In this document: positions 55,896 to 64,000 of the stretch, in pieces
Layout: every line of letters starts with the position of its first letter
Numbering within the stretch: position 1 is the first letter of the stretch
From: Candidatus Omnitrophota bacterium
GTDB lineage: Bacteria > Omnitrophota > Gorgyraeia > Zapsychrales > Zapsychraceae
Assembly: GCA_003528115.1 (NCBI GenBank)
Contig: DOGZ01000017.1
Location: forward strand, 8,795 to 72,794
Reading direction: 5' to 3'
DNA: 64,000 nucleotides
Position numbers and translations under genes: made by a program
The notes under the pieces: generated by a model
Databases searched by the model: none
What the model saw: the letters and a program-made list of their open reading frames with translations, nothing else
What the model was told of the DNA's origin: nothing

Positions 55896-58319
55896 ATGTT
55901 CAATAGATTCACGGAAAGAGCGAGAAAAGTGATTGTTTATGCCAAAGAGGAAGCCAGACGTTTTAATCACGATTACATTGGGACGGAGCATCTGCTCTTA
56001 GGATTGGTGCGTGAGGGCGAAGGGGTCGCGGCGGCCGTCCTTCAAAAGCTCGGGCTGGATTTAGAAATGATTAGAATAGAAGTCGAGAAACTGGTTCAAC
56101 CCGGTCCTCAGACGCAGGTGCTCGGCGATATTCCTTTTACCCCGCGTTCTAAGAAAGCCCTGGAACTTTCCGCCGAGGAAGCGCGCGCCTTGGGACATAA
56201 TTATATCGGCACTGAGCATCTTCTTTTGGGATTGGTGAAAGAAGGGGAAGGAATGGCTTATCGGGTTTTGCTGAATCTGGGTCTGGATTTGGGAAAACTC
56301 CGTAATGAGGTGATGGAACTGCTGGGTTCCGGGATTCCCGGTTTCGGGGCGCAAGAGCCGGCGGCGAGGACGGATAAAACTCCGGCGATTGATGCCTATG
56401 GCCGTAATCTCAATAAATTGGCCAAAGAAGGCAAGTTGGACCCTGTGATCGGCAGGGAAGCGGAGATTGAACGCATTCTGCAGATATTAAGCCGCAGGAC
56501 GAAGAACAATCCTGTTTTACTTGGAGAGGCGGGCGTCGGGAAAACAGCGATTGTCGAAGGACTGGCCCAGATGATCGTCAAAGGGGATGTCCCGGAAATC
56601 TTAAGGGATAAATCGATCATTGTCCTGGATTTGGCTTTAATGATTTCGGGGACAAAATACCGCGGGCAGTTTGAGGAACGCATCAAGGCCATCATGGATG
56701 AGATCAAACGGTCCGGTAAAATTATTTTATTTATAGACGAGCTTCATACCCTCGTGGGAGCGGGAGCGGCGGAAGGCGCCATTGACGCGGCTAATATTTT
56801 AAAACCCGCCCTGGCGCGCGGCGAGATCCAATGTGTCGGCGCCACCACGCTGGATGAATATCGCAAACATATCGAAAAAGACGCCGCCCTGGAAAGACGG
56901 TTTCAGACCATTATGGTGGAACCGCCTTCGCCGGAGCAGGCTATTCAAATTTTAAACGGCCTGCGAGATAAATATGAGGCCCATCATCGGGTCAAGTTTT
57001 CCGATGAGTCTTTGGAGGCCGCGGTGCGGCTTTCCGATCGGTATATTTCTGGACGGGCATTGCCGGATAAGGCGGTGGATGTCCTGGATGAGGCCGGCTC
57101 CCGCGTCAGGCTCAAAGCCATGGTCACCCCGCCGAATTTAAAGGAATTGGAAGATCAAATAGAAAATTTAAGAGAAGAGAAGGAAGATCACATCAAAAGT
57201 CAGGATTTTGAGAAGGCCGCTAAAATGCGGGACCTGGAAAGAGAGAAACGCAACGAATTGGAAAGCTTGAAACGCAAGTGGACGCAGGAAAGAGACAGCG
57301 CGACGTTGATTATAGGGTATGAGGACATTGCTAAAGTCGTTTCCCAGTGGACCAAAATACCCCTGGTGCGTTTAGGCCAGAAGGAGAGCGAACGACTTCT
57401 GAAGATGGAAGAGCACATGAGGAAGGTCGTCGTCGGACAAGAGGAGGCCAGCAGCGCTATCGCGCGGGCTGTCCGACGGTCAAGGGCCGGAATCAAGAAT
57501 CCGCGCCGGCCGATCGGGTCGTTCATTTTTCTGGGGCCGACCGGCGTTGGAAAAACGTTATTGGCCCAGGCCCTCGCTGAATTCATGTTCGGCGACAAGG
57601 ATTCGCTCATTCAAATTGATATGTCCGAGTATATGGATAAATTTAATGTCTCCCGTTTGATCGGAGCTCCGCCGGGATATGTCGGCTATGAAGAAGGCGG
57701 CCAGTTGACGGAAAAAGTTAGGCGCAGGCCTTATTCGGTGATCTTACTGGATGAAATTGAGAAAGCCCACGCGGATATTTTTAATCTGCTGTTACAAGTT
57801 TTTGAAGAAGGACGGCTGACGGATAGTTTGGGGCGGAAGGTGGATTTTAGAAATACGATTATTCTGATGACATCGAATGTCGGGGCGGACATGCTCCGGA
57901 AACAGGGTTCGTTGGGTTTTGCCTCTCCCAAAGAGGAAACGACCTATGAAGAAATGAAAGTCCGTCTTCTGGATGAAGTGAAAAAGACGTTTAAGCCGGA
58001 GTTTTTAAATCGTATTGACGATATTATCGTCTTTAAGTCTTTGACGCGCGAGAGCCTCTACGAGATCGTTAAGCTCGAGATCAAGGAGGTTTCCGACCGC
58101 ATGAAAGATAAGGGTATCAGTATTGAACTTTCTCAAGAGGCCTTTGCTTTGCTTATTGAGAAGGGTTTTGATCCTGTTTACGGGGCAAGACCCATCAAAA
58201 GAACGATTCAGCGTCTTCTGGAAGATCCGTTGGCTGAGAATATCATCTCCGGACAATTTAAAGACGGGAGCAAGGTCAGGGTTGAGCGAGAAGCGGAAAC
58301 GTTGATTTTTAAAGAATGA
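55896..58319 (+). CDS. clpC: ATP-dependent Clp protease ATP-binding subunit ClpC
   Basis: Clp_N repeats, two AAA+ modules, UVR linker, AGGAGG RBS. Confidence 0.9.
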   Translation: MFNRFTERARKVIVYAKEEARRFNHDYIGTEHLLLGLVREGEGVAAAVLQKLGLDLEMIRIEVEKLVQPGPQTQVLGDIPFTPRSKKALELSAEEARALGHNYIGTEHLLLGLVKEGEGMAYRVLLNLGLDLGKLRNEVMELLGSGIPGFGAQEPAARTDKTPAIDAYGRNLNKLAKEGKLDPVIGREAEIERILQILSRRTKNNPVLLGEAGVGKTAIVEGLAQMIVKGDVPEILRDKSIIVLDLALMISGTKYRGQFEERIKAIMDEIKRSGKIILFIDELHTLVGAGAAEGAIDAANILKPALARGEIQCVGATTLDEYRKHIEKDAALERRFQTIMVEPPSPEQAIQILNGLRDKYEAHHRVKFSDESLEAAVRLSDRYISGRALPDKAVDVLDEAGSRVRLKAMVTPPNLKELEDQIENLREEKEDHIKSQDFEKAAKMRDLEREKRNELESLKRKWTQERDSATLIIGYEDIAKVVSQWTKIPLVRLGQKESERLLKMEEHMRKVVVGQEEASSAIARAVRRSRAGIKNPRRPIGSFIFLGPTGVGKTLLAQALAEFMFGDKDSLIQIDMSEYMDKFNVSRLIGAPPGYVGYEEGGQLTEKVRRRPYSVILLDEIEKAHADIFNLLLQVFEEGRLTDSLGRKVDFRNTIILMTSNVGADMLRKQGSLGFASPKEETTYEEMKVRLLDEVKKTFKPEFLNRIDDIIVFKSLTRESLYEIVKLEIKEVSDRMKDKGISIELSQEAFALLIEKGFDPVYGARPIKRTIQRLLEDPLAENIISGQFKDGSKVRVEREAETLIFKE

Positions 58320-59290
58320 GAGACAAATTATTTCTGGGTGTATGTATTTTCACTCTCATGTTTGCCACAACTTCTTATGCCGAGAAGTTTTTGGCTTTTC
58401 AAGGTCAGATCGATTTCTCCAAACATCAATCCGACTTTGTTTTTGATTTAAAGAAACACGGCTTTTTAAGAATCAACGTCGATAAGACCGCGGAGGCTTC
58501 CTATCGTCTTTTGTTAAAGATCGAGCACCTTAAGACGCCTTTCTTTGATTTGTCGAGTGAGATTGAAGGTTTGGTTGATGTGGTCGGATCTGATGAGCAA
58601 GCAGACGGATCGCTCTATGGAAAGATTAGTAGTCACTACACCCTTATCGACTATAAACCCATTCGTGAATTTTCCGGCCGAGTTGAGATCAAAAACAAAA
58701 CATTGTATTTGAACCCTTTGACATTTGGGAATACGGTTTGCCGGGCCGAGGTGAGTTTGTCCCCGCCGTATAAGCTGGACTTGGTTATGGATTTGGCTTC
58801 GATGGACATGGATGACTTTCTGAATTTCTGGGTAAGAAATAAAGCGTACAATGCCTCAGGCGCCGTCGCCGGCCGCATTAAGATCTCGGGAACGTTGGAT
58901 CGATTGATGCTCGCCGGGAATTTAGAGAGTCATAACGGTTTTATCAAGAATTTCCAGTATGACAGCATTTATTTGAACATAGAAGGGACTTATCCGAATA
59001 TGCAAATTACGGATTCTTCCGTTTCTGAAACGGATGGGCTGAGTTTTATGATCGAGGGGCCGATTGACTTAAGCGATCAGGAAAATTTTAAGAACCAGAT
59101 CAAGGCCTTAACGCTCTCTCCGCTTGTCCGCGAATCCGAATCTCAATCGGAGTGGACGATTAAACGTATTGAAGAGGAAAATTTTGGAACAACGGAAATC
59201 AAATATCTTAAACGAAAAAGTCAAAACCCGGGATCCCAAGATAAAGAAGAATCGGATATGTTAGGTATCCAGAGGACCCTGGAGTTTTGA
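58316..59290 (+). CDS. Secreted hypothetical protein inserted between clpC and radA
   Basis: Signal peptide [22 protein letters not shown]. No motif I recognise. Its ATG overlaps the clpC stop. Confidence 0.4.
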   Translation: MRDKLFLGVCIFTLMFATTSYAEKFLAFQGQIDFSKHQSDFVFDLKKHGFLRINVDKTAEASYRLLLKIEHLKTPFFDLSSEIEGLVDVVGSDEQADGSLYGKISSHYTLIDYKPIREFSGRVEIKNKTLYLNPLTFGNTVCRAEVSLSPPYKLDLVMDLASMDMDDFLNFWVRNKAYNASGAVAGRIKISGTLDRLMLAGNLESHNGFIKNFQYDSIYLNIEGTYPNMQITDSSVSETDGLSFMIEGPIDLSDQENFKNQIKALTLSPLVRESESQSEWTIKRIEEENFGTTEIKYLKRKSQNPGSQDKEESDMLGIQRTLEF

Positions 59291-59316
59291 CGGCGGGTAT
59301 TGTTATTGGCCGGTGT

Positions 59317-60711
59317 ATGATGAAGACTAAAACACTTTTTGTTTGTCAAAATTGCGGGTTCCAATCTCCACGATGGTTGGGGCGATGCGCGGGTTGTGAC
59401 AGTTGGAATTCTTTTGTGGAGGAAAATATCATGTCTTCCACGGCGTCCAAACAGAATCGGCCGGCCATCCAGGAGGAACCGGTTTTGCTGACTAAGGTTG
59501 TCACAGACCGGGAGTCCCGTTGTACGACGGATATTCAAGAATTAGACCGTGTCCTGGGCGGGGGGATTGTTTCAGGATCCGTCATATTGATCGGCGGGGA
59601 TCCGGGGATTGGGAAATCGACGTTATCTTTGCAAATCGGTTGCGCTTTAAGCCGGAAAAGGCATAAAGTTCTTTACGTCAGCGGAGAGGAATCCGTCAAA
59701 CAGACCCGAATGAGGGCCGAGCGTTTGTTTAATAGTGAGACGTCCTTTAACGCCGCTCATTTGGATTCGCTCTATATCGTCAACCAAATTGATCTGACGG
59801 TGATCCTGGAATACATGAACAAAATGAAACCGGAGTTTGTCGTTATCGACTCGATCCAGGTTTTGTATAGTCAGGAGATTTCTTCCACCCCCGGAAGCGT
59901 GAGTCAGGTCCGAGAGTGTTCTGGAATTTTGACGCAAACGGCCAAGTCCATGGGGATTTCTCTGTTTATCATCGGGCATGTGACCAAAGACGGCACGCTG
60001 GCCGGTCCCCGTGTTCTGGAGCACATTGTGGACACGGTTTTATATTTTGAAGGCGAACGGTATTCCACGTACCGGATTTTACGGGCGACAAAAAATCGCT
60101 TTGGTTCGACCAACGAGATCGGCGTCTTTGAGATGACGCAGGCGGGGTTGCAAGAGGTTTTGAATCCCTCCGAAATATTTTTGTCTGAACGTCCGAAAAA
60201 CGCCGCGGGGTCCGTTGTGGTTCCCATCATGGAGGGGACAAGGCCTTTTTTGGTAGAGATTCAAGGACTTGTGAGCCGGTCGAGTTTTGGGATGGTCCGG
60301 CAAAAGGCCCAAGGGTTTGACGCCAACAGGCTGGCATTATTGATTGCCGTCCTGGAGAAGAGGCTGGGGTTGAATTTGCAGGACAAGGATGTTTTTCTGA
60401 ATGTGGTCGGCGGTGTGAAGGTGATGGACCCGGCGGCGGATCTGTCTGTTGTCATGGCGATTGCCTCGGGTTTGTTGGATAAACCGGTTAGTTTTGATAC
60501 CGTTGTGTTAGGAGAGGTAGGCCTTTCCTCGGAGGTGCGAAGTGTGAGCCAATTGGCCGCCCGCATCAATGAGGCGGATAAACTCGGTTTTAAGCGATGC
60601 GTGATGCCCAAGAATAATTTAAAGACAAGGTTGGAATTAAAAGGCAAGCAAATCGATCTTATTCCTGTTGAAACCGTGAAAGAAGCTTTAGACGCGTTGT
60701 GCCGAAATTGA
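59317..60711 (+). CDS. radA: DNA repair protein RadA (Sms)
   Basis: N-terminal C4 zinc finger (CQNCG...CAGC), RecA-like Walker A GDPGIGKST, Lon-like C-domain. Confidence 0.85.
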   Translation: MMKTKTLFVCQNCGFQSPRWLGRCAGCDSWNSFVEENIMSSTASKQNRPAIQEEPVLLTKVVTDRESRCTTDIQELDRVLGGGIVSGSVILIGGDPGIGKSTLSLQIGCALSRKRHKVLYVSGEESVKQTRMRAERLFNSETSFNAAHLDSLYIVNQIDLTVILEYMNKMKPEFVVIDSIQVLYSQEISSTPGSVSQVRECSGILTQTAKSMGISLFIIGHVTKDGTLAGPRVLEHIVDTVLYFEGERYSTYRILRATKNRFGSTNEIGVFEMTQAGLQEVLNPSEIFLSERPKNAAGSVVVPIMEGTRPFLVEIQGLVSRSSFGMVRQKAQGFDANRLALLIAVLEKRLGLNLQDKDVFLNVVGGVKVMDPAADLSVVMAIASGLLDKPVSFDTVVLGEVGLSSEVRSVSQLAARINEADKLGFKRCVMPKNNLKTRLELKGKQIDLIPVETVKEALDALCRN

Positions 60712-60804
60712 GAGCCGACGGGGAATTCTTAAAATTTCCTTTCCCCGGGGGTATCGTTACCGAAAGACGGCCAATATTAAATTCGTCAGCGAGGAGACCG
60801 TGGT

Positions 60805-61785
60805 ATGACATTATTATTCATCCGATGTTTTTTTGTTATCATCAGCGTTTTTGTGGGGTATTACGTAGGGAGTATGAGTGGGCTTGTGCTTCCGGGCGCG
60901 GGGATAGGATTGATGAGCGGTCTTGTATTGATTTTTCTGGAAAGCCGGCTTCAGCGGGTCTCTGTGCGCGGGCTCTCGAGCATGGTCTTCGGTCTGCTGC
61001 TGGGTGTCTTTATGGCCAAGATGCTTTCGGATATTTTGTTTTTGCTCCCGTTGGGGGAATTTCTCCATTCGATTCTCAGGGTGGTCCTGACCATCGTGTT
61101 TTCTTATTTGGGCGCCGTGATGGCTGTACGGGGAAAAGATGAATTCAATATTATTATTCCGTATGTCCGCTTCAGACGGCAGGATATTAAGGAGGGCGTC
61201 GTCCTCTTGGACACCAGTGTCATTATCGACGGACGGATTAACGATATTTATAAAGTGAATTTTTTGCCGGGCCGTTTGGTCGTCCCCAGGTTTGTTTTAG
61301 AGGAATTGCAGAAAATGGCTGATGCGTCGGACGATCTCCGGCGTCAGCGCGGCCGGCGGGGATTGGAGTTGTTGCGGACCATGCAAAATGATCCCAAGAT
61401 GGACATTCACATTCATGAAGATGACCTGACGGACGAGCAGGAGGTCGACGCCAAATTGGTGAGACTGGCTAAATTGATGGATGCCCGGATTTGCACGATC
61501 GATTTTAATCTGGGACGGCGGGCCGCCTTACAGGGGATTGATATTTTGAATATTCATGAGCTTGTCAATGCCGTTAAGTCCGTGACATTTATGGGAGATA
61601 CCTTTGAGGTTAAACTCATCAAAGAAGGCAAAGAAGCTCATCAGGCCGTCGGATATATGGAAGACGGGACCATGATTGTGGTTACGGAGGCGCGGCATTG
61701 TATCGGGCAGCAGGTCAAGGTTAAGGTGACCTCTGTGCTGCAGACACAGGCTGGGAAAATGATTTTTGGTGAATTATTAAAGTGA
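60805..61785 (+). CDS. yacL: YacL-like membrane protein with PIN and TRAM domains
   Basis: N-terminal TM helices, a PIN core (VLLDTSVIIDGRI), and a C-terminal TRAM-like beta domain. It occupies the radA-yacL-ispD-ispF position. Confidence 0.75.
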   Translation: MTLLFIRCFFVIISVFVGYYVGSMSGLVLPGAGIGLMSGLVLIFLESRLQRVSVRGLSSMVFGLLLGVFMAKMLSDILFLLPLGEFLHSILRVVLTIVFSYLGAVMAVRGKDEFNIIIPYVRFRRQDIKEGVVLLDTSVIIDGRINDIYKVNFLPGRLVVPRFVLEELQKMADASDDLRRQRGRRGLELLRTMQNDPKMDIHIHEDDLTDEQEVDAKLVRLAKLMDARICTIDFNLGRRAALQGIDILNIHELVNAVKSVTFMGDTFEVKLIKEGKEAHQAVGYMEDGTMIVVTEARHCIGQQVKVKVTSVLQTQAGKMIFGELLK

Positions 61786-62486
61786 TGAAGCTGCCCGTTT
61801 TGAAAACACAGGCCATCATGCCTGCGGCGGGTTTGGGGACACGGTTACAGGCTGCTGTTCCAAAACCGTTCGTCCTCCTGGACGGGGAGCCTATTTTTAT
61901 TCATACCTTAAAGGTCTTGGCGGAGTGTCCTGGAATAGAGAGCATTGTGGTGGTTGCCCCGCCGGATCATTTAAGCCGGTTTGAGGAAACGATTCAGCGA
62001 TGCCATTTTCAGAAGACCGTCAAAGTTGTCGGTGGAGGGGCGACCCGGACAGAATCTGTTTTTAATGGTCTTGCGGCGGTGGATGCGGATACGGAAATGG
62101 TCGTTATTCATGATGGGGCCAGGCCTCTCATCAAATTGTCTGTGATTGAAGAGGCGGTCAAATTGTGCAGGGAGTCTGGGGCGGTGGTCGTGGCCGTGCC
62201 TGTGAAACCGACGATTAAAAAAGTTCATCCGGCTTCCTTGCTCGTTGAGGAAACGCTCAACAGAGAAGAACTGTGGGAGGCGCAAACACCGCAGGTTTTT
62301 AAGAAAGAAATTCTCATGAAGGCTTATGAAGAGCATGGAGAAGATCCGGCAACGGATGATGCCGGCCTGGTGGAACGCCTGGGGAGGGAAGTGAAGATTT
62401 TACGGGGGGATTATGATAACATTAAAATTACGACGCAAGAGGATCTGCTGATCGCCGAAGTCCTTTTGAAGGCCAGGCGCGGTTAA
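61785..62486 (+). CDS. ispD: 2-C-methyl-D-erythritol 4-phosphate cytidylyltransferase
   Basis: IMPAAGLGTRL motif. Confidence 0.85.
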   Translation: MKLPVLKTQAIMPAAGLGTRLQAAVPKPFVLLDGEPIFIHTLKVLAECPGIESIVVVAPPDHLSRFEETIQRCHFQKTVKVVGGGATRTESVFNGLAAVDADTEMVVIHDGARPLIKLSVIEEAVKLCRESGAVVVAVPVKPTIKKVHPASLLVEETLNREELWEAQTPQVFKKEILMKAYEEHGEDPATDDAGLVERLGREVKILRGDYDNIKITTQEDLLIAEVLLKARRG

Positions 62487-62543
62487 AAAGCGGGAGTTTG
62501 AATTTAACGGAATTTGAATCTTTTTAAAGGAATGGTGACGCAG

Positions 62544-63023
62544 ATGCGGCAGAGAATCGGTTTAGGGTATGATATTCATCGGTTGGTGGAGGGGCGTAAG
62601 CTCATTTTAGGGGGCGTTGAAATTCCTTACACCAAAGGCCTTCTTGGTCATTCCGACGCTGATGTGCTGCTTCACGCGGTCTGCGACGCGCTTTTGGGGG
62701 CCATAGGCAAGGGCGATATCGGAGAGCATTTTCCTGATACGGATGAAAAATATCGCGGGATCTCCAGCATGCTTTTACTTGAGAAAGTTTATAAACTGGT
62801 CGAACAAGAGGGATATGTGGTGTCCAATGTCGACGCCCTCATCCAGGCCGAGGAGCCTCAATTAAAGGACTATAAAGAGCAAATGAAATTTCATATCGCC
62901 TATAAATTGGCCATTGACGAGGACGCGGTTAACATTAAAGCCACCACGTTAGAGGGGCTCGGGGCCATCGGCCGTAAAGAGGGGATCGCCGCTTTCGCGA
63001 CGGTGTTGTTGGTTAAACAATAA
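62544..63023 (+). CDS. ispF: 2-C-methyl-D-erythritol 2,4-cyclodiphosphate synthase
   Basis: MRQRIGLGYDIHRL...GHSDADVLLHA. Confidence 0.85.
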   Translation: MRQRIGLGYDIHRLVEGRKLILGGVEIPYTKGLLGHSDADVLLHAVCDALLGAIGKGDIGEHFPDTDEKYRGISSMLLLEKVYKLVEQEGYVVSNVDALIQAEEPQLKDYKEQMKFHIAYKLAIDEDAVNIKATTLEGLGAIGRKEGIAAFATVLLVKQ

Positions 63024-63112
63024 GATTCAATGGGTAACGCGTAAACGTTCCAGGGGACGAATTCATTATGATACTCATTCTTTTTTTAACGTTTATTGGG
63101 CTTGTGGGATTA

Positions 63113-63745
63113 ATGGCCCTGATTTTCTCCGAGGAGATCAAAGCCACCAAAGAAAAAGATCCGGCGGCTAAAGGGCATGTCCAGATTATTTTTTTATACT
63201 CTGGTCTGCACGCGATCATGATCCATCGGCTGACGCATGGTTTATGGCAATGGAAGCTTTTATTCTTGGCCCGATGGTTGTCTCAGGTGGGACGTTTTCT
63301 CACAGGAATCGAGATTCATCCCGGGGCGCAGATCGGCCAGGGGCTTTTTATTGATCATGGGATGGGGGTCGTGATCGGCGAGACCGCGATTGTCGGTAAT
63401 AATGTCACGTTGTTTCAAGGAGTGACCCTGGGGGGGACCGGTAAAGAGACAGGCAAGCGTCATCCGACTTTGGGCGACAATGTCGTCGTAGGCGCCGGAG
63501 CCAAGGTGCTGGGGAATATTCATATCGGCGCGAATTCCTATATTGGGGCTAATGCGGTTGTCCTTAAGGATGTTCCGCCTAATTCAACCGTTGTCGGTGT
63601 GCCGGGGCATATTACCAAACAGGAAGGTAAGAAAATTGATTTAATGATGGATCACGCGCATGTCTCTGACCCCATGATGCAGCATATGAAAGATTTGATC
63701 CGAAGAATCAAGACCCTCGAAGACAAATTGAAGGAAAAAGAATAA
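63113..63745 (+). CDS. cysE: Serine O-acetyltransferase
   Basis: N-terminal [15 protein letters not shown] motif and an LbH C-terminus. The start is taken at the internal ATG because the ORF's upstream hydrophobic extension is atypical. Confidence 0.8.
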   Translation: MALIFSEEIKATKEKDPAAKGHVQIIFLYSGLHAIMIHRLTHGLWQWKLLFLARWLSQVGRFLTGIEIHPGAQIGQGLFIDHGMGVVIGETAIVGNNVTLFQGVTLGGTGKETGKRHPTLGDNVVVGAGAKVLGNIHIGANSYIGANAVVLKDVPPNSTVVGVPGHITKQEGKKIDLMMDHAHVSDPMMQHMKDLIRRIKTLEDKLKEKE

Positions 63746-63819
63746 GGACATCCGACCTTGGTTTCTAGTGCGCCGTCAAATTAATTGTTAATAGCTACTT
63801 TCAGAAAAGACGCAGTGTT

Positions 63820-63860
63820 GTACTGTGTTCCACATATTAACTATTAAGTTGACACAGTAC
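63820..63860. repeat. Perfect 9-bp inverted repeat GTACTGTGT-n23-ACACAGTAC between cysE and cysS
   Basis: Read directly. Confidence 0.5.
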
Positions 63861-63918
63861 TAGAAGGATATGATTTCATTCGCGATATTAAATAGAAGAT
63901 TCTATCAAAGAATATTCC

Positions 63919-64000
63919 ATGGCTATCCGCATATATAATTCTCTGACTAAAAAGAAAGAGGACTTCGTGCCGTTGGAAGAAAAGGTCGTCAGGATGTATA
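63919..64000 (+). CDS. cysS: Cysteine--tRNA ligase, N-terminal fragment (continues beyond window)
   Basis: MAIRIYNSLTKKKEDFVPLEEKVVRMY resembles the CysRS N-terminus. It occupies the expected cysE-cysS position. Confidence 0.6.
   Translation, partial: MAIRIYNSLTKKKEDFVPLEEKVVRMY

Noticed and set aside
55787-55925. Searched for a CtsR heptad repeat or CIRCE element upstream of clpC
   Set aside because: No GGTCAAA tandem repeat or TTAGCACTC-n9-GAGTGCTAA was found. Only a plausible AGGAGG RBS is present.

Overview
This 64 kb window is a gene-dense bacterial chromosomal segment (about 45% GC by eye) with roughly 70 protein genes and one tRNA. No rRNA, CRISPR array or transposase was seen.

Three sets of observations stand out.

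1. Firmicutes-like gene order. Three conserved blocks appear: ispE-spoVG-tRNA-glmU-prs-ctc-pth, rpsF-ssb-rpsR-rplI-dnaB, and mcsA-mcsB-clpC-radA-yacL-ispD-ispF-cysE-cysS.

2. A full diderm outer-membrane toolkit in the same window: bamA-skp-lpxD-lpxC/fabZ (fused)-lpxA-lpxI, plus lolCD. The source is therefore most plausibly a diderm Firmicute-like or candidate-phylum lineage.

3. The left 9.5 kb is the most unusual region. On the minus strand lies an operon (291-6938) of polytopic GT-C-type membrane glycosyltransferases. It holds a tandemly duplicated two-gene module (a small single-TM protein followed by a ~480 aa GT-C-like protein), a YfhO-like protein and a TPR protein. A divergent plus-strand operon (7118-9494) encodes a Gfo/Idh/MocA sugar-nucleotide oxidoreductase, a left-handed-beta-helix (LbH) N-acetyltransferase with a Cys4 tail, and a GT2 polyprenyl-phosphate glycosyltransferase. 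Together these look like a lipid-linked, periplasm-facing glycosylation system of unknown substrate.

Other notable items: a TMTC-like (DUF1736 + TPR) GT-C protein downstream of a hybrid histidine-kinase/Hpt phosphorelay; a SpoVG carrying an inserted CxxC...CxxC zinc ribbon; an unannotated 33-aa ultra-basic bS22-like peptide; an ABC-F/Smr/lipoprotein trio with overlapping stop and start codons; and a secreted hypothetical protein inserted between clpC and radA.

Coordinates taken from the ORF track are exact. Coordinates I derived by hand (tRNA, promoters, hairpins) may be off by 1-2 nt.
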